A stretch of DNA of 62,422 bases, filler included, from Candidatus Babelota bacterium (GTDB lineage: Bacteria; JAGOBX01): assembly GCA_017999075.1 (NCBI GenBank). It is 8 parts of 8 records of this genome, joined end to end, with 100 filler letters (N's around TTAATTAATTAA, not from the genome) between each part and the next. Parts side by side here need not be neighbours in the genome. Positions count along the whole stretch, not along the records: positions 1 to 25,525 come from JAGOBX010000003.1; 7 more parts are not named here. One strand, given 5' to 3'. Positions within the stretch are counted from its first letter, which is position 1. Every line of letters begins with the position of its first letter. Of this stretch, positions 1 to 11,200 are shown piece by piece. A program made the position numbers and the translations under genes. Below the pieces are notes generated by a model, which ran no database searches, was not told where the DNA came from, and saw only the letters and a list, made by a program, of their open reading frames with translations.

Positions 1-2
1 GT

Positions 3-767
3 TATGACCCGTGCGATTCCACTTCAGTTAATTCTTATATGCAAAATTATCCTGATTTTTTAAACAAGGATATTAAAGGATTAAAAATAGGTCGGCCAAA
101 AGAGTATTTCGGTTCAGGGCTTTCAAAAGAAATGCGCAATATTATTGAAAAAAACTGCAAAATATACGAATCAGAATTCGGCTGTGAAATCATTGATATA
201 AATTTACCTCACACTGAATATGCCATATCTGCATACTATTTAATTGCAACAGCAGAAGCGTCTTCTAATCTCGCACGATATGACGGTGTAAAATATGGGT
301 ATAGAACTCCTGAATATGATAATTTAGCGGATATGTACGAAAAAACGCGAAGTGAAGGTTTCGGCGAAGAAGTTAAACGCAGAATTATGTTGGGAACATT
401 TGTTTTATCTGCCGGATATTATGATGCATATTACAAGAAAGCTCAGAAAATAAGAACGTTAATTAAAAATGATTTTAACAAAGCTTTTCAACAATGCGAT
501 GTTATAATAACTCCAGCATCTCCGACCCCGGCTTTTAACATCGGAGAAAAAATAAATAATCCGCTAGAAATGTATTTATCCGATATTTACACAATTTCTA
601 TTAATCTCGCAGGAATAACGGCATTATCAATTCCTGGAGGTTTTATAAATGGAATGCCGGCAGGAGTTCAATTGATCGGAAACAATTTTGAAGAAAAAAA
701 ACTTTATAATTTTGCTTATAAATTGGAATGCGCGACAAAATTTTATGAAAAAGAACCTCTAATTTAA
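3..767 (+). CDS. gatA: Asp/Glu-tRNA amidotransferase subunit A, 5'-truncated at window edge
   Basis: Motifs AEASSNLARYDG, GFGEEVKRRIMLGT, MYLSDIYT. The frame is open upstream of the listed ATG to the window start (YDPCDSTS). Confidence 0.95.
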   Translation, partial: YDPCDSTSVNSYMQNYPDFLNKDIKGLKIGRPKEYFGSGLSKEMRNIIEKNCKIYESEFGCEIIDINLPHTEYAISAYYLIATAEASSNLARYDGVKYGYRTPEYDNLADMYEKTRSEGFGEEVKRRIMLGTFVLSAGYYDAYYKKAQKIRTLIKNDFNKAFQQCDVIITPASPTPAFNIGEKINNPLEMYLSDIYTISINLAGITALSIPGGFINGMPAGVQLIGNNFEEKKLYNFAYKLECATKFYEKEPLI

Positions 768-801
768 ATCTGACAATACTTTTGAATATTATACATATTC
801 T

Positions 802-850
802 ATTATAAAAAATAAATTGCCTTTTTCAAAGGTAATTTATTTTTTATAAT
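802..850. terminator. Bidirectional intrinsic terminator between convergent gatA and elbB
   Basis: Near-perfect inverted repeat ATTATAAAAAATAAATTGCCTTT-TTC-AAAGGTAATTTATTTTTTATAAT with A/T tails on both sides. Confidence 0.8.
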
Positions 851-1521
851 TAAATCATTTTTACCAAATTATCAATAAGAATGAATATTCCTTTTGATAT
901 ATCGCCTATTGTAACATTAGAAACCATATATGCCGGAGTAGACAAAATTTTATTTTTTTCATCTATAACACAATCATGAGGACCGCAATCAATATGTTCT
1001 GCTCCAAACATTATTATTTTATCGGCATCTTCTTTATTATCTAATCCAGCCGTTAATTTTATTTTATATTTTCCAAGAATCCTGGCAATCAGTAAAGGAG
1101 ATATGCATATAGCTCCTATTGGTTTATGCTGTCTGAACATTTCTTCAATCAGTGATTTCAAATCCGAATTCACACCTTCGTTTCCCTTGCACATATTTTT
1201 ATACCATCCTGCACCGCCAGGTAACACAACAGCATCCAAATCATCTGCTGATATTTCAGTTATATTTTTAACATCTCCGCGGGCAATTCTTGCAGATTCT
1301 ACAAGCTGGTTTCTATGTTCTTTATCTATCGGTTTACGGGTTAAATGATTAATTACCTCAACTTGATCCATATCAAAAGAAATACACTGATATAAACATC
1401 CGTTTTGACTTATTCTTAATAATGTTAATACGCTTTCCTGTATTTCGGAACCGTCCGCTCTTCCGCATCCAGATAGAATAACTCCTATTTTTTTCGGGTT
1501 ATTATTTTGTGGCAGCGACAT
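850..1521 (-). CDS. elbB: ElbB/ES1-type glyoxalase (DJ-1/PfpI superfamily)
   Basis: KKIGVILSGCGxxDGSEIQE, ESARIARG, KPIGAICISP, STPAYM. Likely start is ATG at 1521, overlapping the aconitase stop. Confidence 0.88.
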   Translation of the reverse strand: MSLPQNNNPKKIGVILSGCGRADGSEIQESVLTLLRISQNGCLYQCISFDMDQVEVINHLTRKPIDKEHRNQLVESARIARGDVKNITEISADDLDAVVLPGGAGWYKNMCKGNEGVNSDLKSLIEEMFRQHKPIGAICISPLLIARILGKYKIKLTAGLDNKEDADKIIMFGAEHIDCGPHDCVIDEKNKILSTPAYMVSNVTIGDISKGIFILIDNLVKMI

Positions 1522-3409
1522 ATTTAAGTACACCGCCTGCTTTAATCATTTTTGCTTCCCGTTCAGTTAAATCATGCGAAGCTTCAATAATCAAATTATT
1601 TTTAGAAATATTTTTTATTGAAAGCTTAGAATTATTAACTAATTCCGCAACATCAATTTCAAGTTCATCATCTTTATTTATCAAATCAGTATTGCAAATT
1701 ATCGGAACTATTCCCGTATTTATCAAATTCGAACGATGAATTCTTGCGAATGATTTTGCTAAAACAGCTTTTATTCCAAGTTCATTCGGTCCAAGCGCCG
1801 CATGTTCACGCGACGATCCCTGCCCATAATTTTCTCCGCCAATAATAAACCCGCCATTATTTTCACGGCAATAAGCAGAAAACGTATTATCAATATAATA
1901 AAAAACATATTCTGAAATTTTCGGCAAATTACTTCGCAAATGCTGGGTTAGCGGACCTGCCGGAAGAATATCATCTGTAGAAATCCCATCGCCTAATTTA
2001 ATTAATGCTTTTCCTTTCAATATATCCGGGAGAGGAGAATTTTGTTTTAAAGGCGCAATGTTAGGTCCACGCAAAATTTTACGTTTGTCTTCAAAAGGTT
2101 TAACAATCAAACAATCGTCGCTTACAAAATCATCAATAACAAAACTGAAATTTTCATTCAAATATTTTCTCGGATCTGCAAGTTTCCCTTCAATAGCTGA
2201 AGCTGCCGCAATTTCAGCGCTGCATAAAGCTATTAAGCAATCCTTACTGCCTCCTCTCCCAAACCAGTTTCTGTTTACAGTTCTCAAACTTAAATGTTTA
2301 TATCCCGGAACAAAACCAACTCCTATGCACGCATTACATCCGGGATCAACAATTCTTCCTCCGGCATCAAGAATTTTTTTTATAGAACCATCATTCATCA
2401 AAGTCTGAAAAACCTGTTTAGATCCTGGAGACACGATCAAATCAATATTCTTGCTTATTTTTTTTCCATCAAGAATAGAAGCAGCTATTTTCAAATCATA
2501 TACACTGCCGTTTGTACATGAACCTATAAAAACCTGGTTTATTTCAGTTCCTTCAACTTCTTCAATATATTTAACATTATCCGGAGATCCGGGCATTGCC
2601 ACTTGAGGTTTAAGCAAAGAAAGATTTATTTCAATTATTCTGTCATAAACAGCATCTGAATCAGCATCCAGCTGTTTCCAGCAATTTTCACGTTTTTGAA
2701 GAATTAAAAACTCCCTGGTTACTTCATCGCTTGGAAATAAACTTGTAGTGGCGCCTGTTTCAGCACCCATATTTGTTATTGTTGCACGCTGAGGCACAGA
2801 CAATGTTTTTACTCCTGAACCTGAATATTCAAGTATATAACCTACTCCGCCTTTAACAGAAATTTTTCTCAATACTTCAAGTATAACATCTTTCGCTGAT
2901 ACTCCTGAATTAAGTTTCCCTTTAAGGACAATTTTCATAACTTTTGGTACTCTTAAATAAAACGGACCACCGCCTAATGCCACAGCTACGTCAAGTCCAC
3001 CTACTCCTATACCCATCATTCCAATACCGCCGGCAGTCGGTGTATGACTGTCAGAACCAAGCATAGTTTTTCCCGGTTCGCCAAAACGTTCATAATGAAC
3101 CTGATGGCATACACCGTTTCCTGCTTTAGAAAAATTTGCTCCGTAATTTGAAGCAATTGTCTGTAAAAACAAATGGTCGTCTGATGATTCTCCTTTAAAC
3201 CCCAAAGAAGTATGGTCGCAATAAGATACTGCTTTTTCACACCTTATTTTATCTATTCCAAGAGCTTCAAACTCAAGCCAAGCCATTGTGCCTGTGCTAT
3301 CCTGAGTTATGCAATGATCAATTTTTATTGATATTTCCTGTCCGAATTCAACGTTTTTTCCTTCAACAAGATGTTCTTTAAATATTTTCTGAGACATAGT
3401 TAATCCCAT
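1502..3409 (-). CDS. Aconitate hydratase (small ~640-aa Aquifex/clostridial type)
   Basis: QDSTGTMA, GNGVCHQVH, GSDSHT, Fe-S ligands GSCTN and GCNACIG, swivel-domain NYGQGSSREHAAL. Confidence 0.92.
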   Translation of the reverse strand: MGLTMSQKIFKEHLVEGKNVEFGQEISIKIDHCITQDSTGTMAWLEFEALGIDKIRCEKAVSYCDHTSLGFKGESSDDHLFLQTIASNYGANFSKAGNGVCHQVHYERFGEPGKTMLGSDSHTPTAGGIGMMGIGVGGLDVAVALGGGPFYLRVPKVMKIVLKGKLNSGVSAKDVILEVLRKISVKGGVGYILEYSGSGVKTLSVPQRATITNMGAETGATTSLFPSDEVTREFLILQKRENCWKQLDADSDAVYDRIIEINLSLLKPQVAMPGSPDNVKYIEEVEGTEINQVFIGSCTNGSVYDLKIAASILDGKKISKNIDLIVSPGSKQVFQTLMNDGSIKKILDAGGRIVDPGCNACIGVGFVPGYKHLSLRTVNRNWFGRGGSKDCLIALCSAEIAAASAIEGKLADPRKYLNENFSFVIDDFVSDDCLIVKPFEDKRKILRGPNIAPLKQNSPLPDILKGKALIKLGDGISTDDILPAGPLTQHLRSNLPKISEYVFYYIDNTFSAYCRENNGGFIIGGENYGQGSSREHAALGPNELGIKAVLAKSFARIHRSNLINTGIVPIICNTDLINKDDELEIDVAELVNNSKLSIKNISKNNLIIEASHDLTEREAKMIKAGGVLKYVAATK

Positions 3410-3461
3410 ATTTTTTCACACTCTCCAATCCGCACTAAAACGGAAAATAAATTCTCCAAAC

Positions 3462-3493
3462 AAAAATCCCAAATTACAAAAATTTGGGATTTT
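3462..3493 (-). terminator. Probable intrinsic terminator downstream of the PorV/giant-protein cluster
   Basis: AAAATCCCAAATT-ACAAA-AATTTGGGATTTT hairpin with a U-run on the minus strand. Confidence 0.6.
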
Positions 3494-3601
3494 ATTATAA
3501 ATATAAAAATCTGATATTAAATGTATATTCGGGATACGCCAAAAATTAAAACAAAAAATAATTAAAAAATTTTTTTATCACGCTAATAATTAATTTAACA
3601 A

Positions 3602-5191
3602 TTATTTTTTAAAACTCATTGAATTAGAATGATACATATTCATTAAATTTATCATATTTCCGACATCAGTACTAATCTGTTCTATCAATCCGAAAATCTG
3701 AATTAAAGTTCCATTAACAGATCTGTCAAATACTTCTTTTCTTGTATCAGTATTGAATAATTTATACCTTATAACAATTTGTTTTTCATTATAAATTTCA
3801 AATGTTCCTACAAGTATCAAATCAGCATTAACCAAAATTCCGACCTGTGAAGCAAGTTCAGCATTAATTCTTGAAGCATCAGAGGTTACCATAGACACCA
3901 TTTCACTTACTTCATTTCTATTTTTAATATTAACTTTAGATGTTGAATATAAATTTCTGATTATCATATCAGGAATTCCTGTTGACAACCAATTCTGCTG
4001 ACTGTTATTCATCACAATTTTAAAATTGATGACTGCTATTTCTGTTAAACGGCTGCGTTTTTTCTGAGGTGCAGCAGGAGATTGCACTTGATTTTGCTGT
4101 TTATTTCCAACCTGCTGATTTTGATATGAAGCACTATAAGGAAGAGGCGGCTGCTGTTGTTCTTCTTCAATTTTTTCATCTTCATACTTTTTGGTTATAT
4201 CATTTCCAAAACCGAATCCTACTGAAAAATAATGCTGCTGGTCGTTCAAGCCATTATTATCATACTTATAGGCATAATCAAGTTTCGTCATACCTGCGCC
4301 AAAACTCATACCTGCAGAATATCTTAAATCTTTATCAAGATACAGATCTTTTTCAAGACCAAACCTTAATACAAACGCTAAATTTTCAGGATAAAAATCT
4401 GATCCTGAACGTTTAAACACATTTGCATTTCCTTCATTTTTAAATCTGACTGATTCCCAAACTATAAATTCAGAACCAACATTTAAAGTTTTTAAAGTTT
4501 CAGTTTTAACTCCAGTTATATCTCCCAAAATGTTCAACCTGTCAAGAATATCGTATCTTATACCAAACCTGTATTCAAGATCTTCATCTTCGTTTTTACC
4601 GGTATCCCATTTTTTGCTGCTGTACAAATTTTTCAAACTTATACCAACAGAAAAGTCATTGTTTATCATACCTATATAACCAATATCAAATGATAACCCT
4701 TTGGCCCCGCCTCCGTCAACATTACTTTTAACCCTGCTATAATCGATATTTAATCCCAATAAAGATTGCTGATTAAGTTTTAATCCTATACTGTACATCA
4801 GCGAACTTTCAAGCCAATTCAGTTTATCCCAATTCGGATTGATGTCAGTATAATCAAACGATATATCGTTTCCTGAATAAGATAATACGCTGACACCGAA
4901 TTTAGCAGGTATAGCTACGCTCAAATTATATTGTTTATACCATTTGAATTGACCGGGATTAGTATAAAACGTGCTGAAAATATTTTTGCTTATAGTCGCT
5001 ATGCCGGCAGGGTTATAAGACACTCCATTCACATCTCCATCCATAGCAGTAAATGCATTTGATAACCCTATTGGCCGCGCTCCATAAACAAACCTGCTTC
5101 CACTCAACCCATCCCCTGCTGCAACAGGTATTCCGGCGGCAATCAGAGAAATAATAATTATTGTTATACCTAAATAAATTTTTCTATACAT
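3602..5191 (-). CDS. PorV/FadL-like outer-membrane beta-barrel, Q/P-rich linker, C-terminal TolB_N/CsgG/FlgO-like domain
   Basis: Signal peptide; GARPIGLSNAFTAMxGD...YNPAGI; KLDYAY...HYFSVGF; QQQPP linker; IAVINF...WLSTGIPDMI...ADLILVGTF. GGAGG RBS before ATG 5191. Confidence 0.7.
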   Translation of the reverse strand: MYRKIYLGITIIIISLIAAGIPVAAGDGLSGSRFVYGARPIGLSNAFTAMDGDVNGVSYNPAGIATISKNIFSTFYTNPGQFKWYKQYNLSVAIPAKFGVSVLSYSGNDISFDYTDINPNWDKLNWLESSLMYSIGLKLNQQSLLGLNIDYSRVKSNVDGGGAKGLSFDIGYIGMINNDFSVGISLKNLYSSKKWDTGKNEDEDLEYRFGIRYDILDRLNILGDITGVKTETLKTLNVGSEFIVWESVRFKNEGNANVFKRSGSDFYPENLAFVLRFGLEKDLYLDKDLRYSAGMSFGAGMTKLDYAYKYDNNGLNDQQHYFSVGFGFGNDITKKYEDEKIEEEQQQPPLPYSASYQNQQVGNKQQNQVQSPAAPQKKRSRLTEIAVINFKIVMNNSQQNWLSTGIPDMIIRNLYSTSKVNIKNRNEVSEMVSMVTSDASRINAELASQVGILVNADLILVGTFEIYNEKQIVIRYKLFNTDTRKEVFDRSVNGTLIQIFGLIEQISTDVGNMINLMNMYHSNSMSFKK

Positions 5192-5233
5192 TGAAAACCT
5201 CCAAAACATCTATATCATAAACTAAATCATTAT

Positions 5234-8200
5234 TTACTTTACAATAGCTACCGGATAAACAAATTTATTAACTTTAATCAAATACAATCCGTTTTTAACT
5301 TTTGTACCTTTATAATTAAATCCATTCCATGTTATGGTTCCATTCGCAGAAACATTTTCTTCTTTCGAATAAATTTTCTGTCCTGATAATGAATAAACTT
5401 CCAAACGAGCCGTAGGTGCTCCCGAAGCTCCCGCTAAAGACGGCGATGCATTTGAAGAACTTCTATAGCCAGGAACCAGTATTATTAACTGTTCGCCATT
5501 ATCAGGGTTAAACGCAGGTTCAGTAGATAAAACAGGATTTCCATTCGAATCAACTATCTGAGGTATTGGAACATCATTGTTTAAAATCTCTATTTCCATA
5601 GGATCGGACATTACAGATAAATTATAATATTTATCTGCGCTCATAACTCTTAAATATCTTTTTCCAACAGGAGTCTGAATTTTCAAATTAGTTATCTGTG
5701 GAAGAGATTCGATTTTAGATTCAGTTGTTTTCAAATCAATAATCACAATAGTATCTCCTGCAACATCAGGATTTCCGCTTTCATACAAAAATAATCTTAT
5801 CAAATCATCTTCTGTTGACGAACCTGCAGCAGCTTCAAACTTTATCAGAGGTATTATCATAGAACTTGTAACAAACTTATTTCTAACTTCACTGTTTTCA
5901 TCTCCAATAACTACAATCTGAAGTTTAGTGTTGTTACTTTTATTGTAATACATAATAGGTCTTATAGTTGCATCTGCTGTTGACGCGCTATAAACCCTTC
6001 CGATATTATCCACATCAGAAGCTATTGCTACAAACCACCGTTTAATTTTACTGTTTACCTGAATCTGATTGTCATAAAAATAATACCACCATTCGCCATT
6101 AGCGTTATAATTTGCCTGAGGTATTGAGAATTCATATAATTGACTTACAGTGTCAAATACAGTACTTGCATAAACAAATAATTTTATATAGACTCCTGTT
6201 TTACTGAAATCAAGTAATCCGCCACGTCCTGTAAAAGCACGGCCTCGTATTATCATGCCTACAGTATCTGTCATTTTTTCTCCTAACGGATCAGTAAATT
6301 CTATTATCGGCGGTAAAATAGGAAGTGAATATAAAATATTCAGCATATATCCTGAATATTCCTTCGTATTCCCGATATCATCAATCAATACCATATTTAT
6401 TACAGTATCAAACTTATTACTGTTTATCATAGACATAGTATCAATATATCCTGATATGTCAACAAATACCCCTGTATCTGCTGTAAATAAATATTTTGAA
6501 CCTAAATACAGTTTTACTTTAGAACATAAATCTTCCGGCTGCGAATAAACTTTTAACCTTGCAGATACGTTTATAGTTGTCAAATCAAAAATAAACGGTA
6601 ATGCAGTATCTTCAACTCCATTAACAACCATATTAACTACAGGAGAATTAGGAGGAAGATTATCAACAGTTATATCCCAATTGATATGATCATCAAGTAC
6701 TCCATAATTTACCGTTCCGTCTGAAGCTACTATAACTGCTGCGCTGTCGAATATATTTATATAATACTTTCTCTCTGCAGGAACGCCTGCCGGATCTCCG
6801 TTCACTGTTATCGGATATTTTTTATTAATATCCATTCCGCCCCATCTAAACTCATATTTTCCAAGTCCTGTCTGAGTTAATCTCTCGGTATATACATAAT
6901 TGTCATTCCCTGCATTATCATTATAATTATAAATTCTCACCCACAAATCACGGACAGTCTGTGTATCTGTATTGATTGTTAAAACCATTTTCGTATCATT
7001 TGATAAATCAGCTGATGACCTGATTTTTTTCGGATTATTTGGAGAGAATGTATATGTATCTACAATGATGCTCTGACTGCGCGCCATAGTGAAAGTGGTA
7101 TAAGTATCAATTCTGTTCTGCGCCGGCGACAAGTCTATAACAAAAGCAGAAACTTTAAACAAATTAGATGTGGACGTGAGTCTTACCGGAGCATCAAGAT
7201 CATAAACCAAATATGGTTTTATCTGTTCAGCGGATAAAGTTCCTGTATAAGTTTCTATAACTTCATGATTTGTCATAGATTTAATTCTATCTATTCTAAC
7301 AACTCTTGACGAAACAAAATCAACACCATCGCCTTCATCTTCAACTTCAACTTTAATCTTGTCAAATGAATGCGCCAAAATATTTCCAGGAACATTTGTC
7401 AATTTACCAGTGCTTGATTCAAGCAGAATCCAGGAAACTATATTAGGAGCTTTGATATCTGCAATCGAAAATGTATAGGTATATTCTTTATTATTTCCGG
7501 CTTTATCATAAGCTTTAATAATAACACTGTAATCTCCTTTTGTTTTTAAAGGTTCGCTGAAAACAAATCTGCGTTCATTTAATTCATAATTTATATCCTG
7601 ACCATATATCTGATTTCCATTTATATCTTTAACAGTAACAGCTATTTTTTCCGGATCAAGATCGCTGCCGCCTTCATCATCCTGAATTTTTATATCAATT
7701 CTTGTTATAGCTTTATCAAAAGTAACAGCTTGTTCTATACTTTCAGAACTTCCTGTTTCTTTCACTGCTTTTATACTCGTTATATACGGAGGCATATTAT
7801 CAGGCAGATTAACTCCAGGATAATCTATTATCAAACGTGCTTCATATGTAGGAGATTTTAATCCTGTAATATACTCAGGTTCAGCATGATAATAATAAGT
7901 CAATGGAACAGTAGTAATATGATCAACTATAATCTTCTTACGCACAAGTTCAGCCTGAAAACTTATCAGATAAATATCCTCTGCTAAACTCTGCGGCAAA
8001 TACTGAACCTCAAATTTTCCTACAAACCTTCCATTATTCAATTCATCAGTAACGTCACCTATACCTGAATCGAACAGTTGAAGCATTACAGAATAATCAT
8101 TCGATTTTATTAAATCAGCCGATCTGTTATACGGGTAAGTAAGATTGCTTACCCCGTCTCCAATAACTTCAGAACAAAGTTTCCAGTCTTCATCTTCCAT

Positions 8201-11200
8201 TTCATACCAGTCTTTATCAATAGTCTGAACAATCTGACCTTTTGAGTTGTATAATATAAAAGACAATACTACAAAAGGTTCTTCATCTGTATCCTGGCCT
8301 GAACTCAAATTATTCGGATCATTAACGAGTTTGTCATCAGTAAAAGTAATTCCAAGATCTCTCAATGCCTGATTATTGCCAGCATCTAAAGTAACATTAA
8401 AACTGATATTAACCCTGTCATTTACGTTGTCTCTATTCGGAGAAATCGGATTAGGAGATAAAACTATATTTGAAACACTGAAATTCATAGAAATAACTCT
8501 TATGTTTAATATCATTTCGCTGCGGTTATTTCCTACATCATACGCGGTAATTCTTGCTTCATATAATCCGTTTGAAACAGGAGCTGCATTCATATCCCTT
8601 CCGTCCCATTCAAGCAGATTTTCTCCGCTTTTCCCGCTCTGGTTTACAAAACTTCTAACCAATTTATTGCTGCTGTCATAAATATAAATGTTATATGTGA
8701 TTTTTTCGTCAGAAGTAAAAAATATCTTGCATACTCCTATATAAGGACTGTATGGAGAAGGTACTGCTACTACATTAGTTATTAAAGGCGGTACTCCGTC
8801 TATATTAATTCCTATAGAATTCGCAGCAGGATACGGATTAGACCTCTGAATTATAGGAGCATCATTACCATACTGATCTTTCATATATACAATAACAGGC
8901 GAATTTCTTATAGAAATCTTCTGGCTTATTTTAAAATCAGTTTCGTAAATTCCATCAGTATCAGCAGAATTTACAAGACCATCATTATTATCGTCAGACA
9001 ATTCTATGCCTTTTATTATACTTCCGATATCAAGACTTACCACAGCATTAGGAATATATTCTATATAATTTACAGTCAAACTGTCATTTGCAAGAAAATA
9101 CCTGAAAGCAGTATCACTCGAAGTAAAAATAATACTGTCACAGCTATAATTTACAGTCCATTCTGATTCGTCATATAAAAATTCAGGATTATTAGTGTTT
9201 ATATCCACCATTTTCACATAACTCGAATTTCTTCTTATATCAACAAAATTTTTAGGCATTTTTATTTCAAAACTGTAAATTTTAGTGTTATCAGGAGGAT
9301 TAGAATATTTAACATTATACAGATTGGTTGAATTAACAATTATACTTGTATCTGTTCCTCTTCCTCCTGTTACTCTGAATCTTATAATATCGCCTTCAAC
9401 TTTTATATAACCAAGAGCATCATCTTCAACCAAACTTATTTGAGGAGCTTCTTTATTATAATAAAAAATAATACTGTCAGAATTAACATTTCCTGCAATA
9501 TCATATAATATCCAAGCTATTCTGTAAATACCGTTGCTTAAGTTATTATAATTATTCGGAATCAATTTTATCTGCGAATAATTTTTTAATTTTTCACCGG
9601 CAATCAAACTTCCTGTTATATCAAAATTAGTTATAGTCAATCCGCCAAGATAATGCATTTGAATATCTGACTTGTTCAAATCAAGACCTGCATTGTTATC
9701 AGATACATTCAAAATTATTTCATTCATTTTATCAGAATATAACTGGAGTTCATGAGGTATAGTAGATAATACTTCCGGAGCTATACTGTCTCCTGCATAA
9801 AAACTGAAATTCATAATTTTATATGTTTCGTTTGAAGATATATCCTTAGCATAAAAATATGCTTTCATTAAACCTGTATCGTTTAATTCAGAAATTTCTG
9901 CCGGGTTATATATTACTTTATAAACTCCTTCATCCGCAGGAACAAGCAATTTCTGAATATCTATAACATTATTGTTAACTTCTGAACGCACTAAAAATTT
10001 TACAGTAACATCTTCATTTTTACTGTTTACAAGTTTCAATTTATTATTATTCCATATATGCTGAGATATGATATAACGGGTCTGGCCTACTCTAATATTT
10101 ATCGTATCAATTACAGGAGAATTATACCATACGACTTTTGTATCTTCTTCCCAGAATATTGAGCCCGTATAAATATTGGTCATTGCATTATTGGTTATTG
10201 AACATGATACTGATTCTTTATTAATCTGAGATTCATTATCATAAACTTCAAACGATAATTCGGAAATCTTTTTATAAAATATCGTATCTCCTGTCTGCAA
10301 ATTTTTGCTCTGCAGAATCATATTATTGATTATCGGAGGATTGTTATCATGAACAAAATAATAATTTCCAATAACAGTATCATTCCCGGCCTCGTCAATA
10401 ATTTTAATCATAAAATCATAAGTGTTTCTTATCCTAAAATCAAATTTGTATTTAAAATAATGGGTATCAGACGAAGTCCTGCCGTAATCTAAAGCTTCAG
10501 TATCAGGATCAGACGGATTTGATAAACTTATAAATTGAATATTCTGATCTTCATCAACATTATGTTCAGGGTCATAATTATAATCGCCGTCATTATTTCC
10601 GTCTTTTAATGCCCCATCATAATCTATACTCGCTGCGCCGTTGCCGTCAATATCATCATTATCAAAACCATATTTCCAGTTATCATTATTATCAAAACCA
10701 TCTCCTGAAAACATAATATTAGACCAGTTTTCGCCTTCGTCAAACGAAATTTTCACGCTTTTAATTTTTACCCTGTTAGCTGTATCAGTAACATCTGATG
10801 GAGAAGTCGAATTTATTATTCCTATCAAATTAACTTCATTCTTAGATATATAAATGTTTGATACTGACGCAATCGAATCAGTTATAACGTCTATTTTTGA
10901 ACCTGTATACGTATCAGATAAAAACAGCATATTAAGTTTAGGAGCAATCGAATCATAAATTACAGTTATAACTTTAGTGTCATATCTTCCGATTTTATCG
11001 TATGCTCTGATTATTATAGTATCATAACCGTTTTCTACTTTAGGAGTATAATCATATTTCCATGTCGCAAAATTATTCTGATCAGAATCAGGAATCGACA
11101 CATTATTTACAAATAATTGAGCTACACCTACTCCATAATCAATTATTGTTCCCATAAAATTAGATGATGAAGCCACAGATTGTATAATCCCTTTGGTTAT

